Assembly (NCBI GenBank): GCA_030141605.1
Contig: JAQGDQ010000045.1
Span: 434,001-498,000, forward strand
DNA: 64,000 nt
From: Tubiluchus corallicola
Taxonomy: Eukaryota > Animalia > Priapulida
Reading direction: 5' to 3'
Shown: positions 36,801 through 48,180 of the stretch, one piece after another
How the letters are laid out: each line of letters begins with the position of its first letter
Numbering within the stretch: the stretch's first letter is position 1
Program-made: the position numbers and the translations under genes
The notes under the pieces: generated by a model
Told to the model about the DNA's origin: nothing
Database searches by the model: none
What the model saw: only the letters and a program-made list of their open reading frames with translations

Positions 36801-39800
36801 TAAAATATTACTGCGATTAATTTTAAAATTATAAATTCTTTTACAGGTTTGGCCCCTACGCGTACAAAAGAGACAACGAGGGCGAGAGAAATTACTATGC
36901 TGAAGATTTTGCTATTCTAGGAGGATACGAGTTCTATTTTGACTCAACAATAGACACTCCGATTGACTCCTTAGCAACTTTTACATCGCAGGTATTTTTG
37001 TGTGCTAAAATGTAACAAGAATTGTTAATATCAAGAGTATTTTTTGTGCAAGCCTTTCAAAGATTGTGTGACTCAAAAAGCGCATTCCATATAACATGCA
37101 CATAATATTGAAAATTTTTACATTTAAATTTTTTGGATTAATACGTATATATTTACTGTTAAGCCTTATAGACGTAGTTTTTAATGTATTGTAGATAAAT
37201 CAATATTTCTACAGTTTGAACGTGCTAATTTGTGGTCCTAATTCCGTGAAATTACAGCTCCCTCTCTCCTCCCCCTTTCCGGGAATTCCCGGTTGAGAAT
37301 CCTTGTTTTAATCATCTCCTAATTGTGATTGACAACAGCAGTAAATGTATGCAGTAATAAATTCACTATGAAAAATAAGCTGATCAATTCTGCCAGTTGT
37401 ACTACATATCGGTTATAACGCTTTTCTCAGTTTCGCAATTAGCTCTGACAGCCCAAGTCATTGGTAGCCAGTCTGAAATTTTTGCTAGCGGCACTAAGGT
37501 GAATGGCATAGAAAGACTTGACCTGATGAACTGCAGCTTCATAACAGAACTAATGACCGGTTCTCTACAAGATCTTCTATAATATTGCACATGTCTAGGC
37601 TAATGATAATATAATGCATAGGTATTAGCCTGTTACACGTCACATTTTGGCTTATTTCTACATGCCTGAAGAATACTTAAGTGACCTTCCTCATTACAAG
37701 GGTCAGATTCGGGAGACGCTCCTATATTAATTGTGTAAGTCAAATTTAAATGGCTTCCGCACTTCAGAGGATGAAAGTATTTCCAACATATTATCATAAA
37801 GCAGGATTTTTCCAAATTCATTACTCGCTCTGGGCAATAGGTAATATTTCACGTACGTTTATAAAAATAAGTTTATAACATCTATAATTTCTAGCAGTCT
37901 TGAATACTTTTTTGAGCAGAGGATACGTAAAAAGCTTCTTGTCGATTATCAGTTATATGTTATCATTAAAACTACTGTATCTCTTAATTATCAATTGAAC
38001 GGTACAAAATTAAAAATATATGCAGGCGTTCATAAGTAAGATAACCATATAACATGAAGACGTTGTTAGGAAGAGTGATGACGTATACCATAGAAACAAG
38101 ACGGCATGCAGGTTAACTACGTTACTCTTTTTACAGTTACAGTAAATTGCAAATGTATTGTAAAGTGCAATACAAGTAATTAAGCATAAAACATGCGTAC
38201 GCATTTATATAAGGTGAAATAGTGATGTATAGAAAATTCAACCCGTAAAAAGTATATCATATCCAAATTTGATCATTAAATGAGGCCCATGAAAAATTTA
38301 TTTTGACCACAGTGATTTGACGAAGTTTGTATTTCTTGCTAGCTTGATATAAGGTCCCAGAAAGATGCAGGCGGGATTCCTGGAACTATTCGGGTGTACA
38401 CCAACCAGACATACAAAGCTGCCACGGTAGAGCACGGAAAATGGCACAAGCCGTACTTTGACTGCTACCATGGAGTATGGATTCTATCTTATTATGTGCC
38501 TTTCTACCGCAAGTGTAAATCATGTTCAGAAGGAATCGAATTTAGGTAAGTCACTTGTTTAAATACAGAAAATGAATATATTGTGTGGTTTTAATAATTG
38601 TTTCAAAGTCTGTGTGAAGTATAGAGGGTAGACAAAAAGAGAAGAATGAACAAAGCCGCTATCAATTTTAAAGCAGTCACGCCAAAATTTTTTACATTAT
38701 TCAAGATGTTCCAAAAGATACGGCGTACCAAGAAATGCTGCAAGCATATAAGTGTTAACTTACAACATGTCCTATAAGTGTGGTAATACCATTTGTGTGT
38801 TAGAAAAGTATAAGATTATTTTTGTGTCATTATGATGTTATAATGCAGAAGTCCAGTTTTATTTTGGAACATTTTCTTTAGTATGTCAGCATATCAGCAC
38901 AGTTCTTACTGTACTGTTTCTTTTGGAACATCCTGTGAAAAACTGGCTTTATTCAGTACAGGTCTTAGTATTTTATAGCACATGGACAATGTAGATAATT
39001 AATATATATATTGTGATTGTGTTTCAGTGGTGTTGTTGGTTCAGATGTTAGGTTGTCAGCGCTTGACATTAACCAATGCGATAGCGACAAGAACAACCCT
39101 TTTGCTGATTCCCATCACTGCGATCCCATTTCAACCATAGTGAGTGAATTGCAAGATTTTCTTCCAGTTTTTACAAAGCACAGGGTCGAAAAAAGATAAC
39201 ACACTGATATATAGTTACAGCGCTAATATTTTGAACATGTTACTGAGTTTTTCTCGAATTTTAAGTTTTAGGTGCATAGTCAACGCATTTTCTTTTCATT
39301 ACACAACTACTATAGTTCTATAGTTCTAATACTCAAAAGCTCAAAAACTGCATAAGAGTACGTAAGGTACAACCCAAAACGTTATAACCTGAGCAATGCA
39401 GTTTTGGCAGTGTTTTTGTTGAAATCTCTTATGAATGATATTGCGAATGGAAAAAATATTACAATTTTAGTGCGTACCAAAACCAGGACATGGTTTCCGG
39501 CCTGGTGGTTACAGTTGTCAGTGCAAACCTGGATACGAATATCCTTACAATGATGGTAACTCTATGTTTGATGGCGAAAAAGTAGAAGAGCTGTATAGAG
39601 CTATGGAGGAAGGACGATATAATACTTATCAGCTGTTGAAATGCAGAAGGATAGGTGACACTTTAGTACCTACAAGTAAGTTTCTGTTTATCATTAGTAA
39701 TTATTTGCTAAGTATAAATTTGCTAATTGCTTCTTCCTCGCTTTTTTCATTACTATTAATAATTTAGTACCAGTTAGGTTCATAGGAACTGAAAGCGCCC

Positions 39801-40861
39801 GTTTTCACAATGCTATTTTACAACTATAGCACTAATATGATGTTGGCATTTCTTCAAGTAGTTATGCTAATTGTTTAGTAACTTTTTTTCATTTATTTGT
39901 TAATTTCTTTCACCTTTCATGATTTTGACAAATTTCGAATAAAAATGTAACGTTGCGTTTAAATGAGATTAAAATAAGTATAATAACAATATTTAGGCGA
40001 ACCTCTTGTATTCCCACCATTGACAACAGTGCCAACAACAAGCACATCAGCAACTACTACAACAGCCACCACTCGGCCAACAACCACTACGAGAAGGACC
40101 ACTACTCGGCCAACAACTACTACGAGAAGGACTACTACCGTTTCTCCAACGAGGAGACCACCCCCGACAAGAACTACATCAAGAAGCTACACCAGAACTA
40201 CACCTAGATCTACACCAAGAACTAGTCCGACAACCAGACCAAGGTAAGTTTTCTAGGACCAGTTCAATATATGTCCATGCTATATATAGCCTGTCTGCAT
40301 CTTTCATATCATGTAAATAAGTGTTTTTTCGCAAAAACTAAAATTACTTGGATTGGAATTCTTAGGTATATACATGACATGTAATACTACTTAGGTATAT
40401 ATAAGTGATTCTACAAAAGCTCTTCTATCATGACGAGATGTCTTTTTTGTAGGACTGAGGTCATTATACCAGATGATACTCACAAAACAGAATATGGCGT
40501 TGATGAGTTTGAAGCAGAGCCAAAACCGAAGGAAATTGGTGCAGATTATACGCGACTTGAACCAAAGCCGGAATCGGAAACTGAGCCAGAACCTAAATCT
40601 GAAACTGAGCCCGAACCCAAACACAGCACACCTGAACCAACGCCAGAGTCCGAAGCACCATCCAAGCCAGAGCAAAAGCCAGAACCTGAACCCACAACAG
40701 AACCCAGTAGCACTACAAAATATCCAGGCAAGACTAAAAAGCCTGGCAGGCCTCAAAAACCAAGAAAGACTAGTGGAAAAAATCATGCCAACAATTTGTT
40801 ATCGAATATGTCGATATTATTGTTAAGTTTATTATGTTTTATATTGTTAGATATGATGTAG
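26893..40861 (+). CDS. Secreted, probably GPI-anchored protein with two tandem GPR158/GPR179-type extracellular (Cache + EGF-like) modules and no 7TM domain (940 aa)
   Basis: Ten phase-consistent GT-AG exons: 26893-27719, 34023-34140, 34751-35049, 35794-36051, 36847-36991, 38343-38545, 39028-39139, 39471-39675, 39997-40243, 40453-40861 (2823 nt). Signal peptide. GPR158-like motifs occur twice: FSAPYFEC..DWII / WHKPYFDC..VWIL; YMGAINVDV..LDVNQC / FSGVVGSDV..LDINQC; FAGTAKC / FADSHHC; CIPIPGFG..RGGYVCACKPGYQYP / CVPKPGHGFRPGGYSCQCKPGYEYP. TANFLS is seen in module 2. Thr/Arg-rich and PE/PK-rich stalks; C-terminal hydrophobic tail with no cytoplasmic part. Confidence 0.92.
29306..29422. repeat. 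Degenerate (CT)n tract; a (GAT)n tract lies at about 29132-29166
   Basis: Directly visible low-complexity sequence in the first intron of the Cache gene. Confidence 0.85.
30762..30903. repeat. (GA)n microsatellite followed by a 26-bp tandem duplication
   Basis: GA run, then aaggagagagagtttgtgcatgcgtg twice. Confidence 0.9.
38702..38935. mobile_element. Tc1/mariner-type MITE (about 234 bp)
   Basis: Terminal inverted repeats caagatgttccaaaagatac / gtttcttttggaacatcctg (18 of 20 positions match); TA target duplication degenerate. Confidence 0.65.
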
Positions 40862-42019
40862 TCGTTTTGTACATATCTGTTGGTGTTTTATATTGACTGA
40901 TAGGACACACACATAAAAATTTCGTTCAATATTAATTAGAATGGGGCTAGTTTTTGAGCTCCAGGCCAGAACTATTGCACTTATACTGGAATTTTCTGAA
41001 CTTTCAAGGTTGACTTTTGACTCTCAGTCGGGTTTTTAAGGTATCGGTCAACTAAGAGCATTGAGAAACCCACTTTGGTGTCAACCATGCAAGCATTCTC
41101 ATGAACTTTTTTAGCTGCTGCAACCATTACAATCATAAAGCGATCTCTAGCATAACTCTAATTTTGTGTGCGCCACGTACAACACATTTATTTATAAAAG
41201 AAGCTGATCTTGTTGCAGTTGTGAACAGATTAAATTAGTTATGATTCAAGTCTAAAATATCGTATTTCAAGTTCCAAAATAAAAGTTTTGTATCAACGCA
41301 GCTGGTTCCCGATTAAATTGCAAATTAATTAGAAAAATGTAGTTGAATATTTTGATTTTGAGCTTCCATGAAAAGCACGCACTCAGATTACTACATGGTG
41401 AGTCATTGTGATGGATCTTTTCACGTGATTAATGTTGTTCAAGGCAACGTATGCACTTTTGACACTATCAAAATAATTAGGTCTGATGAAAATACTCATA
41501 AACTACGCATGTGAATGTAGAATATTGTAGATCTTCTTTTAAATTTTAAATTTTATATTTTATATTTTCTTTGTATGCGTTTTTAGTGCTTCGGAATTGT
41601 GATAAAATGTACTAAAACACTAAATTTATGAAAATAAAGAAATCGTACTATTATTCAATTCCGTGAACAACAAGCTATAATAGCCTTAGTGTGTAAATAC
41701 TGCGAAATTTTGAGTTATTGCAAATATACTCGTTTCGATCTCTATTATTATTTAAGATTTTCTAAAACATTAACTTTTTCCGGCATTTCACAATTTAAAA
41801 AAAATGTGGCGCACTTTTTTGTATGTGGTGCTGATTGTCGTCTGTTACTTCGTGTTAACTACCTGTAAATATCAGGGATAATCTGACATGATATTTATAA
41901 GACTGTGTGAGTCGTATAAGGCTAGGTTTCAAAGTTTAACAAAGTTTCAATGTAATAATAAATACAATAATAAAATTTTATCTCATAACCATCACTTCGT
42001 GCTTTTATTTTCTTATAGA

Positions 42020-42296
42020 CATAGGCGCATGGGTCAATTTTTCCAGGGGGGGAGCCAGTTTGCCCGAAAAATTCAAAGTCAACTTCGAGTCGCGAATTGC
42101 CTCACTCCACCCCACGATAAAAATGCCTGGATTTCGGGTACTTCATTTGACGCCATAGCTTCGAGATACCCTTTTATAAAAAAATTTTTTCATCATTTGG
42201 CCCAGTGCCCTCTAAAAATTGGTGATTGCCCGAAAAAAGGTGTTTGCCCGAATCCGGGGGGGGGGGGTGCTGCAGCCCCCGGCTCGTACGCTTGTG
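42020..42296. mobile_element. hAT-superfamily MITE (277 bp)
   Basis: Perfect 8-bp target-site duplication CTTATAGA (42012-42019 and 42297-42304); CA...TG ends with imperfect TIRs (cataggcgcatg / cgtacgcttgtg); internal ttgcccgaa repeats and poly-G. Confidence 0.82.
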
Positions 42297-42589
42297 CTTA
42301 TAGAGTAAATCGAAACAGAGAGTACAACAGTGTACAATATGTTTAACGAACATTAATAAGTAATCTGTATGAAAGGATATTAATTAAGAGAAATCAGATA
42401 AATTATGGAAAATAATATCAGCAATTTACAATACGGGGGGGGGGTGAAAAGATAGAAGGCTATCTAATCACTTATTCGTGGTTCGAGCAGTATCAGATTA
42501 CTATAGATATATAAGTGATATATACTTAGTTTTCTAACGATTGCTTGAATGTCCTAGACCTAGTAAACTACCCAAAACAATGACTAGCC

Positions 42590-43460
42590 CAGATTTAGAA
42601 GTACGAGATGACATCTTAGGAATGGGGTCAAAAGAAACAGTAAAGCAAATAGTGGAGAATTTTAGAAAGTTCGAAGAATTAAAGAAAGTAAGATTTAATA
42701 TAGAGAAAACGAGTTACTTAACGACAAAAATTACAAGAAAAAATACAAACCCTGTTTCAAATTTCAAGTTAAAAATGGACAATTAAAAAGGACTCAAAAA
42801 TATATTTAACCCCGGGGATTGGTTAACTAATACAGGAAAATGATGTTATGCTATGTTATTCTATGTAGAAACAGAATAGAAGGAATGATCTTGTATATCT
42901 TAAGTATAGAAAGGAGGAAAATATGGATTATAAATCACTGGAAGCGAGATTATTTATGTATGAAACAATGGTGATTTCTGCTATGCTTAATAATAGCGAA
43001 ACCTGGACAAATGTAACTCAAGGCGAGTGAGAGCTGTTAGAGAACATTCAGAAAAAAGCACTAAAGAAAGTATTGGAAAAGAAAACGACACATAGAGTTG
43101 AATGTAGGAAATTAATCTTGTAAATTCTGATGAGAGGAAATTGGCATGAAAATTTTTACTGTAACAGAACAAGCGAGATTATGAAAAATGCTGGTACGAG
43201 GAGATTAAAACAAAAATGATAAAGCATGACATTGAATATGAAATAGAACAGGTGCAAAGGATGAAAAAATCTAAATGGAAAAAAATGTTAAAAGTAAAAA
43301 TCAAAGAAAGAATAGCAGAAGAGTTCAAACAAAAAATAATGACCAAATTAATTTTCCCGAAGAAGACAACAGCTGGAAAACAGCATTATATAGGGAAATG
43401 CGAAGTCAAGGAGGCGAGTGCTATGATAAAAATTAGATTAAACATGGTTGAAGTTGTTGG
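42590..43460 (+). mobile_element. Decayed non-LTR retrotransposon reverse-transcriptase remnant
   Basis: Frameshifted fragments: DDILGMG...FEELKKVRFNIEKT (RT catalytic DD region), KSKWKKMLKVKIKE and MIKIRLNMVEV, typical of LINE ORF2 C-termini. Confidence 0.7.
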
Positions 43461-43937
43461 AAAATCCGCTTTAAACCAAGCTTGGCTTCTTTGGTGGCCT
43501 TACAATATTATTTAGATCGTATGTTTTGTTTAAGCGTGTGTAACCATGCGTTCAGTTAACCTTGCGTATAAAAAGGAAGTGTCACCGCTGATCGGTGAAA
43601 CTACGAGGCAATTAGATAATTATCGTTTTAATATTTTTTTCGATAACGATAAACTCTTATAATTTAATTGTAGAAAATTGTCATTAGTCTGCAAGACTTT
43701 TACGGTGTATAGTCAATGACTCAAACGCGCTTGAATTGAATTTTGTAAAGTTTGCGCTTTGTGATTTGCTACTTTCAGCGCCATTACAGCGTTTCATTCT
43801 CTTTGTGCAAAGAAATATTTGTAGCGTGTTGTTGTTTGACCCGTAGCACATTTACAAATACTTCTGTATTGTATTATTTCAAGTTTCTTTTTTTGTTGAT
43901 TTTATTTCTTGCGAAACACGTCGTGTACTTAATAAAA

Positions 43938-46900
43938 ATGCAAAGCCCCGTTGACCAAGATAGACTCAACGTGCTAGAGCAAGAAAAAGAAAGCCTGAGC
44001 GTTGTTTTCGAAAATGCTCATCGGTTACTGGCTGAAGGTGTGTTATTTCTATTGAACTAATTTAATTGGTTTACAAAGTTGTCACTTAGTATTTGCTTCT
44101 ACCAATTCAGAATCAGAATTTCATACAAACATTCACATGAACACAATTTATTAGATTGTTAAACAAGTCAGTCACCTAATTGACCGAAAAACATCTGGAA
44201 CGAGCTGCTCCTATTCAAATGTGTATAAAAACTATCGGCAATTGATTCACATAACTCAGCATAATTGGCTCGATATTTTTGCTTCATGTGCTTAAAATAA
44301 GATGCTTTTTGTGCTGAAACAGCTTGTATTAATGTTTTTGTGTCATCTTTACATTGTGTTATTTTGTGCATTATAATGTACCTATAAACAATCGTGTTAA
44401 ATATGGTTTTGTTGGTTAAACAGATGTGTTTATCACACGGTATTATGCTAGTACAGCAATTTTGCTTTGAATCTGTCGCCTCTCATCTGCTGCGCTTGAC
44501 CTCATTGTTTGTGGAAGCTCAATTTAATCACTTGCATAGCAGATTGTTTTTGAAGTTCCTGCTGCTGTTCACAAGGGCATTGGCACCAGCAACTGCTTTT
44601 CGCAAGAGAAAGGTGGTCGTTACCAATTGTAGCTCAAGCATTAGGTGTTTTAATTGAATATGTGAAATATACAGCAAGAGATTTTCAATTTATTTATCAG
44701 TATGAGAACTTTATAAAAATTAAATACCAACTTCTTCATGAAGAAATGAAGCAACCGACTTGACACGAATTTCTGTAATGTTTAGTATTAGTATAAAGAA
44801 ACAGATTTTTGAGATTTTTTTTTTATTTTCACTTATATATAAATTAGTATTCTTAAATAATTGAACATTAGAATTTTGACATTATTGTTCATTTGAGGCC
44901 TTTTCAGTGCATGCTAGGCTGATGAATGATGATTCATACTTCTATAGTAGTAATGTTACACCCTTCAGATAATAGATTCATTTGCTTAATTGGGTAAAAG
45001 CACTTTTGTTCCAAAATGAGTCTATTAAGTGGTGGTTATTGCAGTTAAAAGCAAAACTAGTTAATTTTCAGTTTTTGATTTCCAATCATTCGATACAAGT
45101 TCCACTGATACGAACAGAACTCTATTATTATCCTTTGTATTTTGTGCCTGCTATTTACCCTGAAATGCATGACTACTTTAGTACGTACTGTATACTAGAA
45201 ATTGAAAACCTCAGGAGCGGAAAGCAGAAAGAATCTGTCAGTGATGATGACAAGAAAGACCTCAATGCCGCAACACCTCAGAATGAGTTTATTACCGTTC
45301 ATGATGAAAAGCCAACGAAGCTCCAGGTTAATGTTGTTATCCCAGCTAAACAATATCCAAGGGTAAGTGAAGCATTAATTGTGATATTTTCATTTTTGTT
45401 ACCGTTGTACCAATTAAAAAATGGTTGTTTTGGTGAGTTTGCAAATTGCAATTATTATTCATTAATACAAAACTTTTTTAGTCATGGGACAGTCTATGAT
45501 TGAAACAAGTTTTCTTAATTATTCCCTTATTGCAACAATTTAAAGCACTGATTACATCACTTTTAATTTTCAGATCAATTTTGTTGGGAAGTTATTAGGC
45601 CCAAAAGGAAGCACCCTGAAGCAGCTTCAAGAGGAAACTTTTACTCATATGTCTGTATTTGGCCGAGGTTCCATGAGGGATAAGGATAAGGTAAAGTTAC
45701 TTTTATCGTAATGATAATAAAGTGCATATATGCTTCACAGTTAAATTTTCATTAAATTGTAGCCCTATTAAAATAAGAAATCAAAAAAATCTATCTTTAA
45801 CTTTTTTATAAGCCACAAGTTAAGCATAACTAAAGCTCACAGTATTTTCAGTTCTCAATGATATTATTAGCTTCGTTCTTTGTAACACACTTAGTCTTTT
45901 ATACCCAATGTGAAATAATGATAAACAAGAGCAATAAGACTGCATCACATGGCAATCTTTAATCTTCTGCCCAAGTTATGAGCTAAGGAGAATAATGTTA
46001 ACCCAGTGCTCTAAACAATTATATTAGCTTTGTTCTCTATAATCTGTTATACAAAATGACAAATAGTGAATAGCAATAAAACTATTGATGCACTGAATCC
46101 AAATTCGAGTATTCAACTACAATGTGGGCTAACAGAATTACATAATCCACGCTGCTGAGTTTCTACATTCTTTTGCCAAGCACAGGAAGCTTCTACGTGA
46201 AAAGATGGTTCAAATGAGAAATTTGTAAAACGAATTAAATATTCGTATGCAGAAATACAGTCTCACGTGTTTCAGTGTATATAATGAGTTGCAAGAAATG
46301 AAAAAATGCTAGCACCCGTGCTGTGTTCCAAAAATGCATAGAATGAACTGCAAGAATACTGTCGGGCTCAAATTCGTTTGCTAAAATAAGTTTTAGTACC
46401 CAATAGATGAAACTGTATCATCTTGTGTTTGAAAAAATAGTACATTAATATTCTCACTTTTTAAGTTTGGCCTTAAATGCATAATAGCATATGCAGAAGA
46501 AACTCGTGTATTTGGTAAACTTTATAACATTATAAGCAGAGACTGCAAGCTAGATTTTTTTGCAAGTATAGCAGTAGTTCAAACTGCACAATTGCAATGT
46601 GAATGAGGAAGTATGCGGACATCAATAGCTACCTGGTTTTAAAGACCAGCTAAGTGTGTGCTAGCCATAAATAATGTGCCTGTCTCTGCCAGCTATGTCA
46701 CTTAACGTTTGGGTTTTTCATTGATCATTTGATTCATTTCTATTGACCCCTTTAGTGCTTGATACATTTCTTTTTCCATGAAATCTAAAAGTGCTATAAC
46801 AACCCCAAAAGTCTCGTTGCATCATATCTCCATAGTAGATCTTGATTAATGGCTCTTTCGACTTAACAGTAGTGTTAAACAACCTTCTCAATATTGGTTC

Positions 46901-48149
46901 CACAATAACACATACGAGCTTGTCTTAAATTATAGGCATCATCTTTGAAGTTGTTGATGCTTTTTCAGCACAGTACAGTACTTATTGTTTTTAATGGTTC
47001 TTGTATTTTGCGGTGGCAGTGTCACTGGGACTTAACATGTTTTTCTCATTGATCTTTTTCTCTTTGTCTCGTTCACTTATCTCTCAAAGTTGCTGCTAAT
47101 ACTGGTTCGAGTTTCTGGTGCCATTACAACTAGTATATGTCCATGTGTTAGTTGTACCAGCAATGTGCATTAAAGTAAGTGATAATCATGGTGTTTGTAG
47201 ATCTCATCAAATTTACAAAAAATATTCCTTATAAAAATGGAATGCTCCAACATTTATTAAATTTCGAAACCAAACTTGATGTAAAGAAATGAAATGTGAA
47301 AAATTTCACGAGTATCGTGAATTAGCATGATCATTGAAGCACGTGGCATTTTTTCTGTGCATAAAGCTATATTTATAGTTTTAAAGCAGTATAAAAAAAA
47401 TAACAGTTTATCATGCATTTTGTCTTTGTCTAAGTGGTGATTGCAATTTGTAGGAAGAAGAACAGCGGAAAAGTGGTGATCCAAAATATCAGCATCTGAA
47501 TCACGATTTGCATGTACATGTAGTAGCTTTTGCAAAGCCTAGTGATGCTTACGCTCGTATCAGCCATGCCCTACAGGAGCTGAGCAAATTCCTAATTCCG
47601 GTAAGCAGGCGGAAGCAATTCATTTCACTTACACAATGTGAATATTGTCATCTGGCCATTATGTTAAATTTTTGTGCAGAATTTCTTCCCCATTCAAGTA
47701 CTCGAGCATTTTTTGTATTCTAGTGCAAAATCAAATCAGCTATTTGTAAAAATTGTGTTAGAGACTAATAATTTTACTCTGTAAAACCTTGCACAGGTAT
47801 AGCTATCTTACTACATGAAAGTATTGAATAAGAATTACAATGAGAACTTAACAAATTTATTGGCGGCCAATGATGCAACATTTTAATGCTTTTATACAGT
47901 GTTCTGGGATAATATAGGACCGCTTGGGTAAATAACGAAGAAATGTTGTACTAGTTCTCTTGGTGAATAAGACAGCATATTACATTTCTTTACTTTGTTG
48001 CATTGATATTTGCTATATAAGTGATTATTTGGAAGAATCAAATGAAAAAGATCAATGTGTTTTTTCCTAGTTACGTTATAATGTGGCCTGAGTTTAATTT
48101 TTCTGTGCAATAGTAATAAATTGCAAGCCTGCTAATACAAAGTGTAGAA

Positions 48150-48180
<31 letters not shown>

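Noticed and set aside
41888-42346. 152-aa ORF
   Set aside because: Runs through the GC-rich hAT MITE; no protein features.
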